Shown one piece after another: positions 38,708 to 49,096 of a stretch of DNA of 64,000 nucleotides; the first letter of the stretch is position 1; every line of letters begins with the position of its first letter. The DNA is taken from positions 1,099 through 65,098 of the forward strand of contig JALSQF010000007.1 in the NCBI GenBank assembly GCA_026985555.1. The letters run 5' to 3'. This DNA is from Candidatus Moraniibacteriota bacterium. GTDB taxonomy: Bacteria > Patescibacteriota > Minisyncoccia > Moranbacterales > UBA9337. The translations under genes were made by a program, and so were the position numbers. The notes beneath the pieces were generated by a model that was given only the letters and a program-made list of their open reading frames with translations, was not told where the DNA came from and searched no databases.

Positions 38708-39094
38708 ATGACACAAAAAAAATCTCAAAAAAAAGTAGTTTTATTAGTAGAAGACGATATTTTTATTAGAGAAATTTATGATAGAAAAATAACTGCTGAA
38801 GGATATGAGGTAGAATTAGCTAAGGATGGAGTAGAAGCTATTAATTTTTTAAAAAAACAAATCCCGGATTTAATTTTATTAGATATTGTAATGCCCAGAA
38901 TGGACGGAAGAGAAGTTTTAGCAAAATTAAAATCTCATAAAGAATGGAAAAATATTCCGGTTATAATGTTAACTAATCTTTCTGAAAAAGAAGAAATAGA
39001 AGAAGAACTGGGGCAAGGAGTAGATGAGTATATAATTAAAGCGCATTTTACTCCATCAGAAGTAATGGCTAAAATAAAAAAATTTTTAATTTGA
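38708..39094 (+). CDS. Single-domain response regulator (CheY-like receiver)
   Basis: LLVEDD, PDLILLDIVMP, MLTN, YIIK. Confidence 0.93.
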   Translation: MTQKKSQKKVVLLVEDDIFIREIYDRKITAEGYEVELAKDGVEAINFLKKQIPDLILLDIVMPRMDGREVLAKLKSHKEWKNIPVIMLTNLSEKEEIEEELGQGVDEYIIKAHFTPSEVMAKIKKFLI

Positions 39095-39129
39095 TTAACT
39101 TTAATTAACAAAAAAACAAAAAGAAAAGT

Positions 39130-40206
39130 ATGTCACTTTTACACGCAGAGCAAAAAGTAAAAAGTTTATTGTTAACAGTTTCGCAACAAAATGCTTCTGA
39201 TATTCATTTTGTAGTGGGACGTTATCCTACCTTAAGGATTGACGGAAAGCTTTTTCCCTTACGTAAAGAAAAAGTTTTGACTGCTGAAGATACTCAGGCA
39301 GTAAGTGATGTTTTATTAACAGAAGACAATAAAAAAACGTTACTTGACGCTGGTCAAGTTGATTTTTCTTATAGTTTTGAAAATAAATCTCGTTTTCGTG
39401 TTAATATTTATTTTCAGAAAGGAAATATTAGCATAGCTATGCGTTTAATTTCTTCTAAAATAAAAACTTTAGAAGAATTAAATTTACCTACCTCTCTTTA
39501 TGATTTTTGTAATTATTCTCAAGGTCTGATTTTAGTGACAGGACCAGTGGGTCATGGTAAATCAACCACATTAGCGGCTTTATTAGATTATATTAATCAT
39601 AATTTTGATCAAAATATTCTAACCATTGAAGATCCTATTGAATATGTTTATGAACAAGATCGTTGTATTGTTAATCAAAGGGAAATAGGTAGTGATGCTA
39701 AATCTTTTCCCGCTGCGTTAAAAGCTCTTTTTCGTGAGGATGCTAATGTGGTAATGATTGGTGAGATGCGTGATCTAGAGACTATTGGAACCACTATTAC
39801 TGCAGCAGAAATTGGACATTTAATTTTTGCTACTTTGCACACTAATAACAGCGCGCAGACCATTGATAGGATTATTGACAGTTTTCCAGCTCATCAACAA
39901 AATCAGATTCGTTTGCAATTGGCCAGTGTTCTAGTGGGAGTTATTTCCCAAAGGCTATTGCCTCGTATAGGGGGAGGAAGAGTGCCTGCTATTGAAATTA
40001 TGATTAAGAATAAAGCTATAGAAAATCTAATTAGAGAAAATAAAATCTATCAAATTGATTCGGTAATAGAAACTAATTTAGGCAACAATATGATTTCTTT
40101 AGATCGTTCTCTAGCTAATCTGGTAGAAAAAGGTCTTATTACCATGAATGATGCTACTACCTATGCTCAAGATAGAGAATATTTAAAAATGATTATTAAA
40201 GGGTAA
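39130..40206 (+). CDS. pilT: Type IV pilus retraction ATPase PilT
   Basis: ASDIH, GPVGHGKS, TIEDPIE, GEMRD, TLHTN, AIENLIRE (AIRNLIRE-like). Confidence 0.93.
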   Translation: MSLLHAEQKVKSLLLTVSQQNASDIHFVVGRYPTLRIDGKLFPLRKEKVLTAEDTQAVSDVLLTEDNKKTLLDAGQVDFSYSFENKSRFRVNIYFQKGNISIAMRLISSKIKTLEELNLPTSLYDFCNYSQGLILVTGPVGHGKSTTLAALLDYINHNFDQNILTIEDPIEYVYEQDRCIVNQREIGSDAKSFPAALKALFREDANVVMIGEMRDLETIGTTITAAEIGHLIFATLHTNNSAQTIDRIIDSFPAHQQNQIRLQLASVLVGVISQRLLPRIGGGRVPAIEIMIKNKAIENLIRENKIYQIDSVIETNLGNNMISLDRSLANLVEKGLITMNDATTYAQDREYLKMIIKG

Positions 40207-40281
40207 TTGTGAAAAAAGAATAAATATAGTATAATTTGTTTAAGAATTTTTATTAAAAATATAAATCGGAAAAACAAAAAT

Positions 40282-41490
40282 ATGATCTTTATTTTTAAAG
40301 CTAAAACAAACAAAGGCGATATCAAAAAAGGAAAAATAGAAGCATTAAGCAGAGAAGCAGCTGTGCGGACTTTACAAGATAATAATTTAATACCCATCTT
40401 TATCACACAACAGAAGGAAGAACCAGAAATTTTAAAAGAATTAAAAAGAGTCTGGGAAGGAGTTACTACTAAAGATTTAATGTTTCTTTTTCGTCAGTTA
40501 GCTACTTTGATTGGAGCTAGAGTGCCTATTGTATCATCCTTAAAAGCTATTTCAGATCAAAGCAATAACAAGTATTTAAAAGAAGTCTTAAATGATATTA
40601 TAGAAAATGTAGAAGATGGAATGTCTTTATCAGAAGCTATGAAAAATCATCCCGATGTTTTTTCTAGTATAGAAATAAATTTAATTGCTGCTGGAGAAGT
40701 TTCTGGTGGCTTACAGAAAACCATAGAATATATTGCTAACAATATAGAAAAAAACTATAAACTAACTTCTAAAGTAAAAGGAGCTTTGTTTTATCCTGCT
40801 TTTGTGGTGAGTGCTGCGGGTTTAATTGGATTTCTAACAATTAGTTTTATTTTACCTAATATTACTAGCATTATTAAAGACATGGAATTAGAGGTGGCTT
40901 GGTATACTCAAGCATTGATGTCTTTAGGTGATTTTATGAAAGCTTATTGGTGGGCGGTTTTAATAGCTATATTTAGTGCTATAGGTGGTTTTATTTATTA
41001 TATTAATACTTCTGCAGGAAGAAAAGATTGGGATATTTTGCAGTTGAAAATACCTGTTATTGGAAAAATATTACGCTATGTCTATCTTTCTCGTTTTGGA
41101 AGTAATTTAGCTATTCTTTTAAAAGGGGGTTTGCCAGTGGTGAAAGCCTTGATTATTTCTTCTAGTGTAGTAGGTAACGGAGTGTATCGGGGTATAATTT
41201 TAAAAGCGGCTGATGAAGTGAAGGTAGGAGGAACAATGAGTAGTTATTTTCAAGGTGTCAGAGAAATTCCACCCATTGTTACTAAAATGATTAAAGTGGG
41301 AGAGGAAACAGGAAAGCTAGATGAATCCTTATCTAATGTGGCTAATTTTTATGAAGGAGAAGCTGATAATATGGTAAGAAATTTATCTACCTTAATTGAA
41401 CCGGTATTAATTGTTATTTTAGGCATAGGTGTAGCTATTTTAGTGTTTGGAATTATGATGCCTATTTATGGAATTATTAATCAATTGTAA
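40282..41490 (+). CDS. pilC: Type IV pilus platform protein PilC/GspF
   Basis: FRQLATL, AGEVSG, ALFYP, VGEETG, LIEP. Confidence 0.94.
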   Translation: MIFIFKAKTNKGDIKKGKIEALSREAAVRTLQDNNLIPIFITQQKEEPEILKELKRVWEGVTTKDLMFLFRQLATLIGARVPIVSSLKAISDQSNNKYLKEVLNDIIENVEDGMSLSEAMKNHPDVFSSIEINLIAAGEVSGGLQKTIEYIANNIEKNYKLTSKVKGALFYPAFVVSAAGLIGFLTISFILPNITSIIKDMELEVAWYTQALMSLGDFMKAYWWAVLIAIFSAIGGFIYYINTSAGRKDWDILQLKIPVIGKILRYVYLSRFGSNLAILLKGGLPVVKALIISSSVVGNGVYRGIILKAADEVKVGGTMSSYFQGVREIPPIVTKMIKVGEETGKLDESLSNVANFYEGEADNMVRNLSTLIEPVLIVILGIGVAILVFGIMMPIYGIINQL

Positions 41491-41617
41491 ACAGATATTT
41501 TTTAAAGAGTAATAATCTGTTATAATAGATAAAGTGAAACATTAATAATAATTTGAAGAAGGAAAGTTTTAATATAGTTAATAACTAAAATAAAAATAGA
41601 ATGGAGGTGAAATATAA

Positions 41618-42061
41618 ATGATAAATCAAACTAAAAAAGGATTTACTTTAATTGAATTATTGATTGTGATTGCTATTATTGGTATTTTAGCTTCTATTAT
41701 TTTGGTAAGTTTGAATAGTGCAAGAAATAAGGCAACGGTAGCTGCCTATAAGTCAACAGTTAGTAGTTTAGTTCCGGCAGTAACAATGTGTTGTGATAAT
41801 GCTACTAATACTCTTCAAACTACTGCTGGAAGTGATATATGTAGTGTTGCAGTTGGTTCTAATCTTCCTTCAGCAGCTGATATGAAAGCATCATCTGTAA
41901 CATATGCATCTGTAAATGATTGCAGCACAAGTAATCCTGCTATTTCCGTTACACCTGCAGGCTTACCTATCTCTGCTTGTAATGCAACTGTTTATGTGTC
42001 AACACAAGGAATTTATTCTGATTCTAGTTTAACAACTTCTGGTTTTCCGTCAGGTTGTTAA
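41618..42061 (+). CDS. Type IV pilin, probable major pilin
   Basis: KKG|[16 protein letters not shown]; strong SD GGAGGTGA, upstream TGTTATAAT, downstream hairpin. Confidence 0.92.
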   Translation: MINQTKKGFTLIELLIVIAIIGILASIILVSLNSARNKATVAAYKSTVSSLVPAVTMCCDNATNTLQTTAGSDICSVAVGSNLPSAADMKASSVTYASVNDCSTSNPAISVTPAGLPISACNATVYVSTQGIYSDSSLTTSGFPSGC

Positions 42062-42079
42062 TTTCACTCAAAGATTTTT

Positions 42080-42106
42080 TTGCTTGTTGAATAATTCAAC
42101 AAGCAA
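42080..42106. terminator. Hairpin after pilin gene (terminator or mRNA stabiliser)
   Basis: TTGCTTGTTGAAT-a-ATTCAACAAGCAA (13-bp arms). Confidence 0.6.
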
Positions 42107-42157
42107 GTTAAGTTTTTGAATGAAATAATATATGGTTTATTTATTAAGTGGCGCACA

Positions 42158-42508
42158 ATGAAAACAGATCAAATAGCGATTAAAAAACATTTTTTAATTT
42201 TCATATTTAGTGGGTTGTTTTTAATGGGAACACTATTTTTATTTGGAAAAGCCAGTAATCAAGCAAATATTAAAAAAGTGGAGTTTGGTTATCCCTTTAG
42301 TTTTTTAAAAGAAGATTTCAGTGATTATAATGAAAATTTTTCTTTTTTTCCTCGTTATTTTAAATTAGAACTAAAAAAGCTTTTTTGGAAAAATGTTAAT
42401 TGGATAAATTTGTTATTCTCTTGGCTAAGCATATTTTTTGGTTTAGAATTAATTATTTATATATTAGAAGAAATAATTTTTAGAATTAAATTGAGATTTA
42501 AAAAATAA
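42158..42508 (+). CDS. Small two-TM membrane protein between pilin genes
   Basis: Two hydrophobic segments, FGYPFSF motif; likely ATG at 42158. Confidence 0.65.
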   Translation: MKTDQIAIKKHFLIFIFSGLFLMGTLFLFGKASNQANIKKVEFGYPFSFLKEDFSDYNENFSFFPRYFKLELKKLFWKNVNWINLLFSWLSIFFGLELIIYILEEIIFRIKLRFKK

Positions 42509-42515
42509 AAAGAAA

Positions 42516-42938
42516 ATGAAAATAAATTTTAAAAAAAAAGGATTTACTTTAATTGAATTATTGATTGTGGTGGCCATTATTAGTATTTTAGTGTCTGTTA
42601 TTTTAGTTTCAGTTATTTCCGGCAAAAGAAAAGCAAAAGATGCTTCTTTCAAGAGCACTGTTAGTAGTTTAAGTAAAGCGATGGTGATGTGTTGTGGTAA
42701 AAGAAATGGATTAATTCAAACAGATGTAGATGGGAGTGTGTGTAATCCTCCTGATGCAGGAGTTAATTATCCAGGATCTGATAGTATTGGTAGCATAGAT
42801 GTTTCTGCAGGTTCTAATCATAATTGTTCTAATGGCTCTTTTCGTGTAACTGTTACTCCAGGAAGTAAAAATAAAGGTAATTGTAATAGTGCAGTAATTA
42901 CAATAAATGGTCCTGATTATAGTAATTCTGGATGTTAG
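42516..42938 (+). CDS. Type IV pilin paralogue
   Basis: KKG|[16 protein letters not shown]; shares KSTVSSL..MCC and terminal SGC with the 41618 pilin. Confidence 0.9.
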   Translation: MKINFKKKGFTLIELLIVVAIISILVSVILVSVISGKRKAKDASFKSTVSSLSKAMVMCCGKRNGLIQTDVDGSVCNPPDAGVNYPGSDSIGSIDVSAGSNHNCSNGSFRVTVTPGSKNKGNCNSAVITINGPDYSNSGC

Positions 42939-42975
42939 TTTTTTAATCAAGAATAATCAATTTTTAATAGGAAAT

Positions 42976-43782
42976 ATGGAGTTGATTATATTTTTTATTG
43001 TAGGTCTTATGGTGGGTAGTTTTTTGAATGTGGTAATTTATCGCTTAAACTTAGCAGAATCTATTTTTTGGGGAAGATCACATTGTCCTCATTGTAAGGC
43101 TAAAATTAATTGGTATGACAATATTCCTTTGTTAAGTTTTATTTTGTTGCAAGGAAAATGTCGCTATTGTGGAGAAAAAATATCTTGGCAATATCCTATA
43201 GTGGAATTTTCAACGGGATTATCTTTTATCTTGTTAGCGGAAATTTTTTTGCAAAATCATTCTTGGTTAAATTGGTTAGAAGTAATTTTTTATTTGGTGT
43301 TAGTAAGTTTACTGATAGTTATTTTGGTCTACGATCTTAAGTTTTTAAAAATACCTTTATTAATTATTTGGTTAGCCGTAGCTTGGACAAGCGCTTATTA
43401 TTTATTAGTAGATAGCTTTAATTTTCCTGTTTTAATTAATTTTTGGGATTCTCGTTTTTTAAGCGGTTTAATAGGCGGAGCGATAGCCAGTAGCTTCTTT
43501 TTATTTTTAGTAATTATTTCACGAGAAAAATGGATGGGAATGGGAGATGTTTATTTGGGTTTTTTAATCGGATTAGTAATTGGTTGGCCAAATATTTTAT
43601 TAGTTTTAATGCTTTCTTTTTTGTTAGGATCAGTGGTAGGACTTACTTTAGTGATAAGTAAAAGAAAAAAAATGAGTAGCCAATTACCTTTCGGACCATT
43701 TTTAATAATTAGTTTATTTTTAATTATTTTTTTGTTAAAATTTTTTCCAGCTATAGATAGTTATTTAAGATTTTATTATTAA
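42976..43782 (+). CDS. pilD: Prepilin peptidase
   Basis: GSFLNVVIYR, RSHCPHC, DNIPLLSF..LQGKCRYC, MGMGD, PFGPFL; likely ATG at 42976. Confidence 0.94.
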   Translation: MELIIFFIVGLMVGSFLNVVIYRLNLAESIFWGRSHCPHCKAKINWYDNIPLLSFILLQGKCRYCGEKISWQYPIVEFSTGLSFILLAEIFLQNHSWLNWLEVIFYLVLVSLLIVILVYDLKFLKIPLLIIWLAVAWTSAYYLLVDSFNFPVLINFWDSRFLSGLIGGAIASSFFLFLVIISREKWMGMGDVYLGFLIGLVIGWPNILLVLMLSFLLGSVVGLTLVISKRKKMSSQLPFGPFLIISLFLIIFLLKFFPAIDSYLRFYY

Positions 43783-43805
43783 ATAAAAAATAATTTTCCA
43801 TAAAA

Positions 43806-44297
43806 ATGTTTAATGCAATAAAAAATTATAAAAAAAATCAAGGAGTAACCTTAATTGAATTAGTGGTAGTAATAGCTATTATTAGTATTATGTCAGTGGT
43901 TGTTTTGGTTATAGTGAGTAAACAAACAAGAACTAAAAAAGATTTAGAAATAGAGGCTAGAAAAGTTCTAGCCGTTATAGAACAAACAAGAAATTTTTCT
44001 TTAACGGGTAAAAACGCTGGAACAAATAATTGCACAAATAATGTTTTTGAAGCTGCTATGGGTGGAGATCATACTAAATATGGTATTTCTGGTTGTAATT
44101 CTGTTGTCTATAATTTAAGCTCTGGTTTTACTTTTGATTCGTCTGTTAGTTTTGCTTTTAGTATTCCACATGGTAAACTAGATTTTGGAAGTGGGTGCAA
44201 AGATGTGCATATAAAGAAAAATAATCAGCATTATCATATTTGTGTTTATTCCAATGGAGAAGTTGAATTAAAGGGAGGTCAAAGTTGTGGTTGTTAA
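43806..44297 (+). CDS. Minor pilin (FimT/GspH-like)
   Basis: NQG|VTLIELVVVIAII class III signal. Confidence 0.85.
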   Translation: MFNAIKNYKKNQGVTLIELVVVIAIISIMSVVVLVIVSKQTRTKKDLEIEARKVLAVIEQTRNFSLTGKNAGTNNCTNNVFEAAMGGDHTKYGISGCNSVVYNLSSGFTFDSSVSFAFSIPHGKLDFGSGCKDVHIKKNNQHYHICVYSNGEVELKGGQSCGC

Positions 44298-44331
44298 CTA
44301 AATTTATAAAATTATCCAAAGAAAAAATATT

Positions 44332-44937
44332 ATGTTAAAAAAGAATCTTAAAAAACAGAAAATTAAGAAGAAGAAAAGAAATTATTTTCTTCCGGGTTTT
44401 TCTTTGGGAGAGGTTCTTTTATCCGTATTTATTTTAGCTTCAGTTTTAACTGTGGCAGTGGGATTAATAGCTGGAGATTTGCGCTATATGATAAATAGCC
44501 AAGATAGGGTAATTGCTAGTGGTTTAGCCCAGGAAGGAATAGAATTAGTGATGAATATTCGGGATAATAATTGGGAGAAAGGAAATGGAGCCTTTGAAAA
44601 TGGTTTTCCTAATGATAGTAGTTATAATCAAATAATAAATTATGATAGTAATAGTCTAGAATCAGGATCAAGAAAGAACAAATTAAATATTAATAACAAT
44701 AATTTTTATACTCACAATAGTGGCACAGAGACAAAGTTTCAAAGAAAAATTATTGTTAATTATTATCAAAATGGTAGTAGTATCAATAGTAAAAATAATG
44801 CTGACGAAGCAGAAATATTTTCAGTAGTTATATGGGGAAATAGTTTTCCATCAGGAACATCAATAAATGAAAGTAATTGTAATGCTTCTACTAAGTGCGC
44901 CTTTGCTAAAGTAACCTTAACTAAATGGAATGGATAA
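44332..44937 (+). CDS. Minor pilin (PilV-like)
   Basis: PG|FSLGEVLL; ASGLAQEGIELVMNIRD motif. Confidence 0.82.
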   Translation: MLKKNLKKQKIKKKKRNYFLPGFSLGEVLLSVFILASVLTVAVGLIAGDLRYMINSQDRVIASGLAQEGIELVMNIRDNNWEKGNGAFENGFPNDSSYNQIINYDSNSLESGSRKNKLNINNNNFYTHNSGTETKFQRKIIVNYYQNGSSINSKNNADEAEIFSVVIWGNSFPSGTSINESNCNASTKCAFAKVTLTKWNG

Positions 44938-45478
44938 AAATATGTTAAAGAAAAAAATAATCTTTAAGGACAAGAGAAACAAGCAAGCTTTTACTTTAAT
45001 AGAAGTAGTGGTCGCTATGGCAATTTTTTCTATTATTATGTTAGCGGTTACTCAGGTTTTTGTGAGTATTATAAAAAGTTATCGGGTAGCTAAACGAATG
45101 CAAAGAAATATAGAAAATTCTCAGTATGCATTGAATTTTATTAGTAAAACACTGAGAACGAGTGAAATAAAAGATTCTTCTGATCCTTCTACTTTAGAAC
45201 TTTTTGATCCTTCTCAGGGAAAGTGTTTTGTTTTTCAATTAAAGGATAATCATTTGCAATGGGCATCAGATGATTCAAATTCTCCTACTCAATTATCTGA
45301 GTGTAATTTTGGTAGTATGTTCCCAGTTAATTTTATTAATAGTGAAATTACCGGTAGATTTCTTATAGTTTCAAATAATTCAGGAAATACAGTAGGAAAA
45401 GTGACGATTAATTTAACAACACAAGAGGGAAATAAGTCAGCTCATTTTCAAACTACACTTTCTTTAAGAAATCATTAA
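44930..45478 (+). CDS. Minor pilin (PilW/GspJ-like)
   Basis: QA|FTLIEVVVAMAIFS; FQTTLSLRN terminus. Confidence 0.85.
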   Translation: MDKNMLKKKIIFKDKRNKQAFTLIEVVVAMAIFSIIMLAVTQVFVSIIKSYRVAKRMQRNIENSQYALNFISKTLRTSEIKDSSDPSTLELFDPSQGKCFVFQLKDNHLQWASDDSNSPTQLSECNFGSMFPVNFINSEITGRFLIVSNNSGNTVGKVTINLTTQEGNKSAHFQTTLSLRNH

Positions 45479-45479
45479 A

Positions 45480-45701
45480 ATGTTGCGTCTTTATATTAAA
45501 GTTATCCCTCGTTCTCAAAAAAATAAAATAGAAAAAATATCTGCTGAAGAATATAAAATTTGGGTAACTGTTCCTCCGGAAAAAGGAAAAGCTAACCAAG
45601 CGGTGATTGAAGTCTTAGCTGACTATTTTCAAAAATCAAAAAGCAGAATTCAAATTAAAGCTGGAAAAAGTAGTCGTCAAAAAATAGTTGATATTTTTTA
45701 A
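45480..45701 (+). CDS. DUF167 (YggU/UPF0235) protein
   Basis: VIPRS, PPEKGKAN, GKSSRQK. Confidence 0.9.
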   Translation: MLRLYIKVIPRSQKNKIEKISAEEYKIWVTVPPEKGKANQAVIEVLADYFQKSKSRIQIKAGKSSRQKIVDIF

Positions 45702-45742
45702 TTTATAGTGTATACTATCAAGATAAAATAATTTATTAAGAT

Positions 45743-45770
45743 AAACTTTTCTCAAGGAAAGTTTTTTATT
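45743..45770 (+). terminator. Possible terminator at end of pilus operon
   Basis: AAACTTTTC-tcaa-GGAAAGTTT plus T-run. Confidence 0.45.
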
Positions 45771-45780
45771 TGTCAAAAAT

Positions 45781-47574
45781 ATGGAAATTAGAAATATAGC
45801 AATGATTGCCCATGTTGATCATGGTAAAACTACACTAACAGATGCTCTAATGCAACAAGCAGGTATGGTTAAGGAGGAAACTACGATGGATAGTAACGAC
45901 TTAGAAAAGGAAAGGGGCATTACCATTTATGCTAAAAATACTTCTATTTTTTATCAAGGAACAAAAATTAATATTGTAGATACTCCTGGACACGCTGATT
46001 TTGGTAGTGAAGTGGAAAGAGTTTTGCGCGCAGTGGATGCAGTTCTCTTAATTGTTGATGCCCAAGAAGGTCCTATGCCACAAACGAAATTTGTTTTAAA
46101 AAAATCTTTAGAACTAGGATTAAAACCCATTGTAGTCATTAATAAAATTGATAAACCGGCAGCACGTATTGCGGAAGTGGAAGAAGAAATTTTTGAATTG
46201 TTTTTAGATTTAGGAGCTAATGATGAGCAATTAGAATTTACTACTGTTTATACTGTTGCTAAACAGGGCATAGCAAAATTAAATAAGGAAGATAATCAAA
46301 AAAACAATCTCAATGATTTATTAGATGTTATTTTAAAAGAAGTTCCAGTGGCTTCTCAAAAAGAATGGCAAGAAAAAGAATTTCGTTTACAGCCTTTTAA
46401 TTTAGGTTATGATGAATTTTTAGGTCGTTTAGCTATTGGTCGTATTTACGAAGGAAAAATCAAAACGGGACAAGAAGTTTTTATTAAAAATATTCATCAA
46501 ACTAACAGAAAAGGAAAAATTACGCAATTATTTGTTTTTGAGGGAATCCAAAGGAAAGAAGTAGAAGAAGCTAGTGCCGGAGAAATTGTTATGCTAGCTG
46601 GTTTACCAGATATTGATATAGGAGAAACTATAACGAAAACAGAAAAAGCAGAATTGTTGCCAGCTATTGAAATTGATGAACCAACCATTACTTTAAATTT
46701 TTTAGTTAACGATTCTCCTTTTGCAGGAAAGGAAGGTAATCTAGTTACTAATCGTCAGATAAGAGAAAGGTTGCAAAAAGAATTAGAAGTTAACGTTGGT
46801 TTAAAAATTGATTTTTCTGCTAGTGATCATTATGCGGTATCAGGTAGAGGAGAATTGCATATTGCTATTTTATTAGAGAATATGAGGCGGGAAGGTTATG
46901 AGCTTCAAATTTCTCAACCGCAAGTTATTATTAAAGAAAATTCTCAAGGGAAAAAACAAGAACCTTTTGAAGAAGTTATTATTGAAGTTCCTGATGAAAT
47001 GAGTGGGGACGTGATTAAAAAGTTAGGGCAGCGAAAGGGAAATTTAATGACTATGCAATCAGAAAACGGAACAACTAGAATGGTTTTTGAAATTCCTACA
47101 CGAGGACTTTTAGGTTATAGAAATGAATTTGTAGTAGATACTAGAGGAGAAGGAATATTTTATAGTCGGGTAATTGGTTTTAGAGATTTTGTGGGTTCTA
47201 TTACGAGACATGTTTATGGTTCTATGATTTCTAAAGGAACAGGAAAAGCGTTAGGTTTCTCTCTATATAACTTACAGGAAAGAGGCATTTTATATATTGG
47301 AGCAGGAGAGGAAGTTTATGAAGGAATGGTAATTGGTAATGTTTCTAAAGGTAATGATATGGTGGTTAATCCACTAAAAGGAAAACACCTTACCAACATG
47401 AGAGCTTCTGGATCAGATGAAGCTATTCAGCTAACTCCTCCTTTAAAATTAAACTTAGAAAAAGGAATGGAGATTATGAAGAAAGATGAGTATTTAGAAA
47501 TTACTCCTCAGAGCATTCGTTTACGCAAGCAAGTTTTAAATGAAATAGAAAGAAAGAGAGCTAAAAGAAAATAA
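45781..47574 (+). CDS. typA: Translational GTPase TypA/BipA
   Basis: AHVDHGKTT, ERGITI, DTPGHADF, NKID, GRGELH, MRREGYE, IPTRGL. Confidence 0.97.
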   Translation: MEIRNIAMIAHVDHGKTTLTDALMQQAGMVKEETTMDSNDLEKERGITIYAKNTSIFYQGTKINIVDTPGHADFGSEVERVLRAVDAVLLIVDAQEGPMPQTKFVLKKSLELGLKPIVVINKIDKPAARIAEVEEEIFELFLDLGANDEQLEFTTVYTVAKQGIAKLNKEDNQKNNLNDLLDVILKEVPVASQKEWQEKEFRLQPFNLGYDEFLGRLAIGRIYEGKIKTGQEVFIKNIHQTNRKGKITQLFVFEGIQRKEVEEASAGEIVMLAGLPDIDIGETITKTEKAELLPAIEIDEPTITLNFLVNDSPFAGKEGNLVTNRQIRERLQKELEVNVGLKIDFSASDHYAVSGRGELHIAILLENMRREGYELQISQPQVIIKENSQGKKQEPFEEVIIEVPDEMSGDVIKKLGQRKGNLMTMQSENGTTRMVFEIPTRGLLGYRNEFVVDTRGEGIFYSRVIGFRDFVGSITRHVYGSMISKGTGKALGFSLYNLQERGILYIGAGEEVYEGMVIGNVSKGNDMVVNPLKGKHLTNMRASGSDEAIQLTPPLKLNLEKGMEIMKKDEYLEITPQSIRLRKQVLNEIERKRAKRK

Positions 47575-47593
47575 AATATTTTTAACTAAAAAA

Positions 47594-49078
47594 TTATTTT
47601 TCTTTTAATGTAATATAAGAGAGATTTTGTAAATGATTGTGTTTATGAATAAAATATAAACGATCTTCAAAAGAATTAAAAGTGATTTTTGCAGATGCAT
47701 TAGAACAAGTAAATAAATCTTGCATATTCCGATAATCTCTCTGATCTAACTCAATGATTTTAATTTGTTTTCCTGCATTGAAAATAATATGTTCATAATC
47801 TTTATACCATTGAACATTATTTATTTTTTGAGAAAAACGAGTGATATTTTGAATTTCATCTTCTGAACGAATGGGTTGAGTTTTCCAATCACGAGTAAAA
47901 TAAACAAAAATTTCATTATTATTCCAATAAAGTAATTTTTTACCATCATCAGAAAATTGAGCATTAATAATGTTATTGTTTAATAATTTTTGATAATATT
48001 TTCTTTCTCCTTGATTATAAATATAAAGATTTCTTTCATTGTCTATAATAAATCCTCTAGTTTTATCATAAATAACTATTTTAGTGGATGGTTGTAATAC
48101 TTTATCAGAAAAAGGTTGAGTGACGGATTGGGGATCCTGATAACTTTCACCAGCTATGCGATAAATAATTGCGTCTAGAGAGGATAGAAAATAAAGTTCT
48201 TTGTCAGAAATATTATAAGCTACAATATTTTCTAATATTTTTTGAGGCTGATAAGTTTCGTTGTTAATTTTATCTAAATATAGAGCGTAAAGATTATGAT
48301 GAGCAAGAAAAAATAATCTATTTTTTTTCTTGTCATCCCAACGAACTTGTTTTATTTCCTGAGAAAAAGGAAAATTATGTTGTGAAAGTATTTCATTTAA
48401 ATTTATAATTTCTTTAGTTTTTAAAGTATAAATAAAATATTGAAAATTTTTTTCCTGATCAAGGAGAGGAATAATTAATTGCCTTTCATTAGGAGACCAT
48501 TCTATATTTTCAGAATTTAGAGGCAAAAAAGAAAATTTATCGGAAGCAAAAATATTTGTTTTTGTAAATTCTCCAAAGAGTTTTCCTTGAATTTTTAATA
48601 AAGAAATAACTATTCGCTTTCCTTTTCTTTCTTCTAAAGCAATTTTTTTATTGGAAGGGGCAATAAAAAAATTAATTAAATTATAATTAGAAAAATAAAA
48701 ATTTTCTTGATAATGTGTTTTAGCTAAGAAAATATTCCAAAATTCAGTAGAAATACCACTATGAACTATGATATGTTTTTGCCAAGTTTGATGTTTATCA
48801 GCTACGATAGAAAGAAAATGTTCTCCAGGATGAATGCCGTCAATATTGTAAGCATAATTTAAAAAATCAATTTTTCTGTCAGGTATTTTTTTGTTGTCTA
48901 AATAAATTCTTATTTTTTTTAAAGTCGTTTTTATAGTAACGGAACCGGTGTAAACAAAAATCCCGCGTTCTCTATTAAAGCGATAACCGAAAGAATAAAT
49001 GATGATAGAAGTGGCAGAGAATAAAAAAAGAAAAGTTAGAATCCAAAAAAGAATCTTGCGCGAGAGAGAACTGTTCAT
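47594..49078 (-). CDS. Membrane-anchored PEGA-like / beta-propeller protein
   Basis: N-terminal TM + GYRF..TG, PEGA-like segment, WSP and FSDDG propeller-type repeats. Confidence 0.75.
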   Translation of the reverse strand: MNSSLSRKILFWILTFLFLFSATSIIIYSFGYRFNRERGIFVYTGSVTIKTTLKKIRIYLDNKKIPDRKIDFLNYAYNIDGIHPGEHFLSIVADKHQTWQKHIIVHSGISTEFWNIFLAKTHYQENFYFSNYNLINFFIAPSNKKIALEERKGKRIVISLLKIQGKLFGEFTKTNIFASDKFSFLPLNSENIEWSPNERQLIIPLLDQEKNFQYFIYTLKTKEIINLNEILSQHNFPFSQEIKQVRWDDKKKNRLFFLAHHNLYALYLDKINNETYQPQKILENIVAYNISDKELYFLSSLDAIIYRIAGESYQDPQSVTQPFSDKVLQPSTKIVIYDKTRGFIIDNERNLYIYNQGERKYYQKLLNNNIINAQFSDDGKKLLYWNNNEIFVYFTRDWKTQPIRSEDEIQNITRFSQKINNVQWYKDYEHIIFNAGKQIKIIELDQRDYRNMQDLFTCSNASAKITFNSFEDRLYFIHKHNHLQNLSYITLKEK

Positions 49079-49096
49079 AAAAAAATAAATTTAAGG

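Noticed and set aside
39675-46688. Short ORFs 39675, 40167, 42464, 42711, 43158, 43838, 45954, 46497
   Set aside because: Shadows or alternate frames of well-supported pil and typA genes
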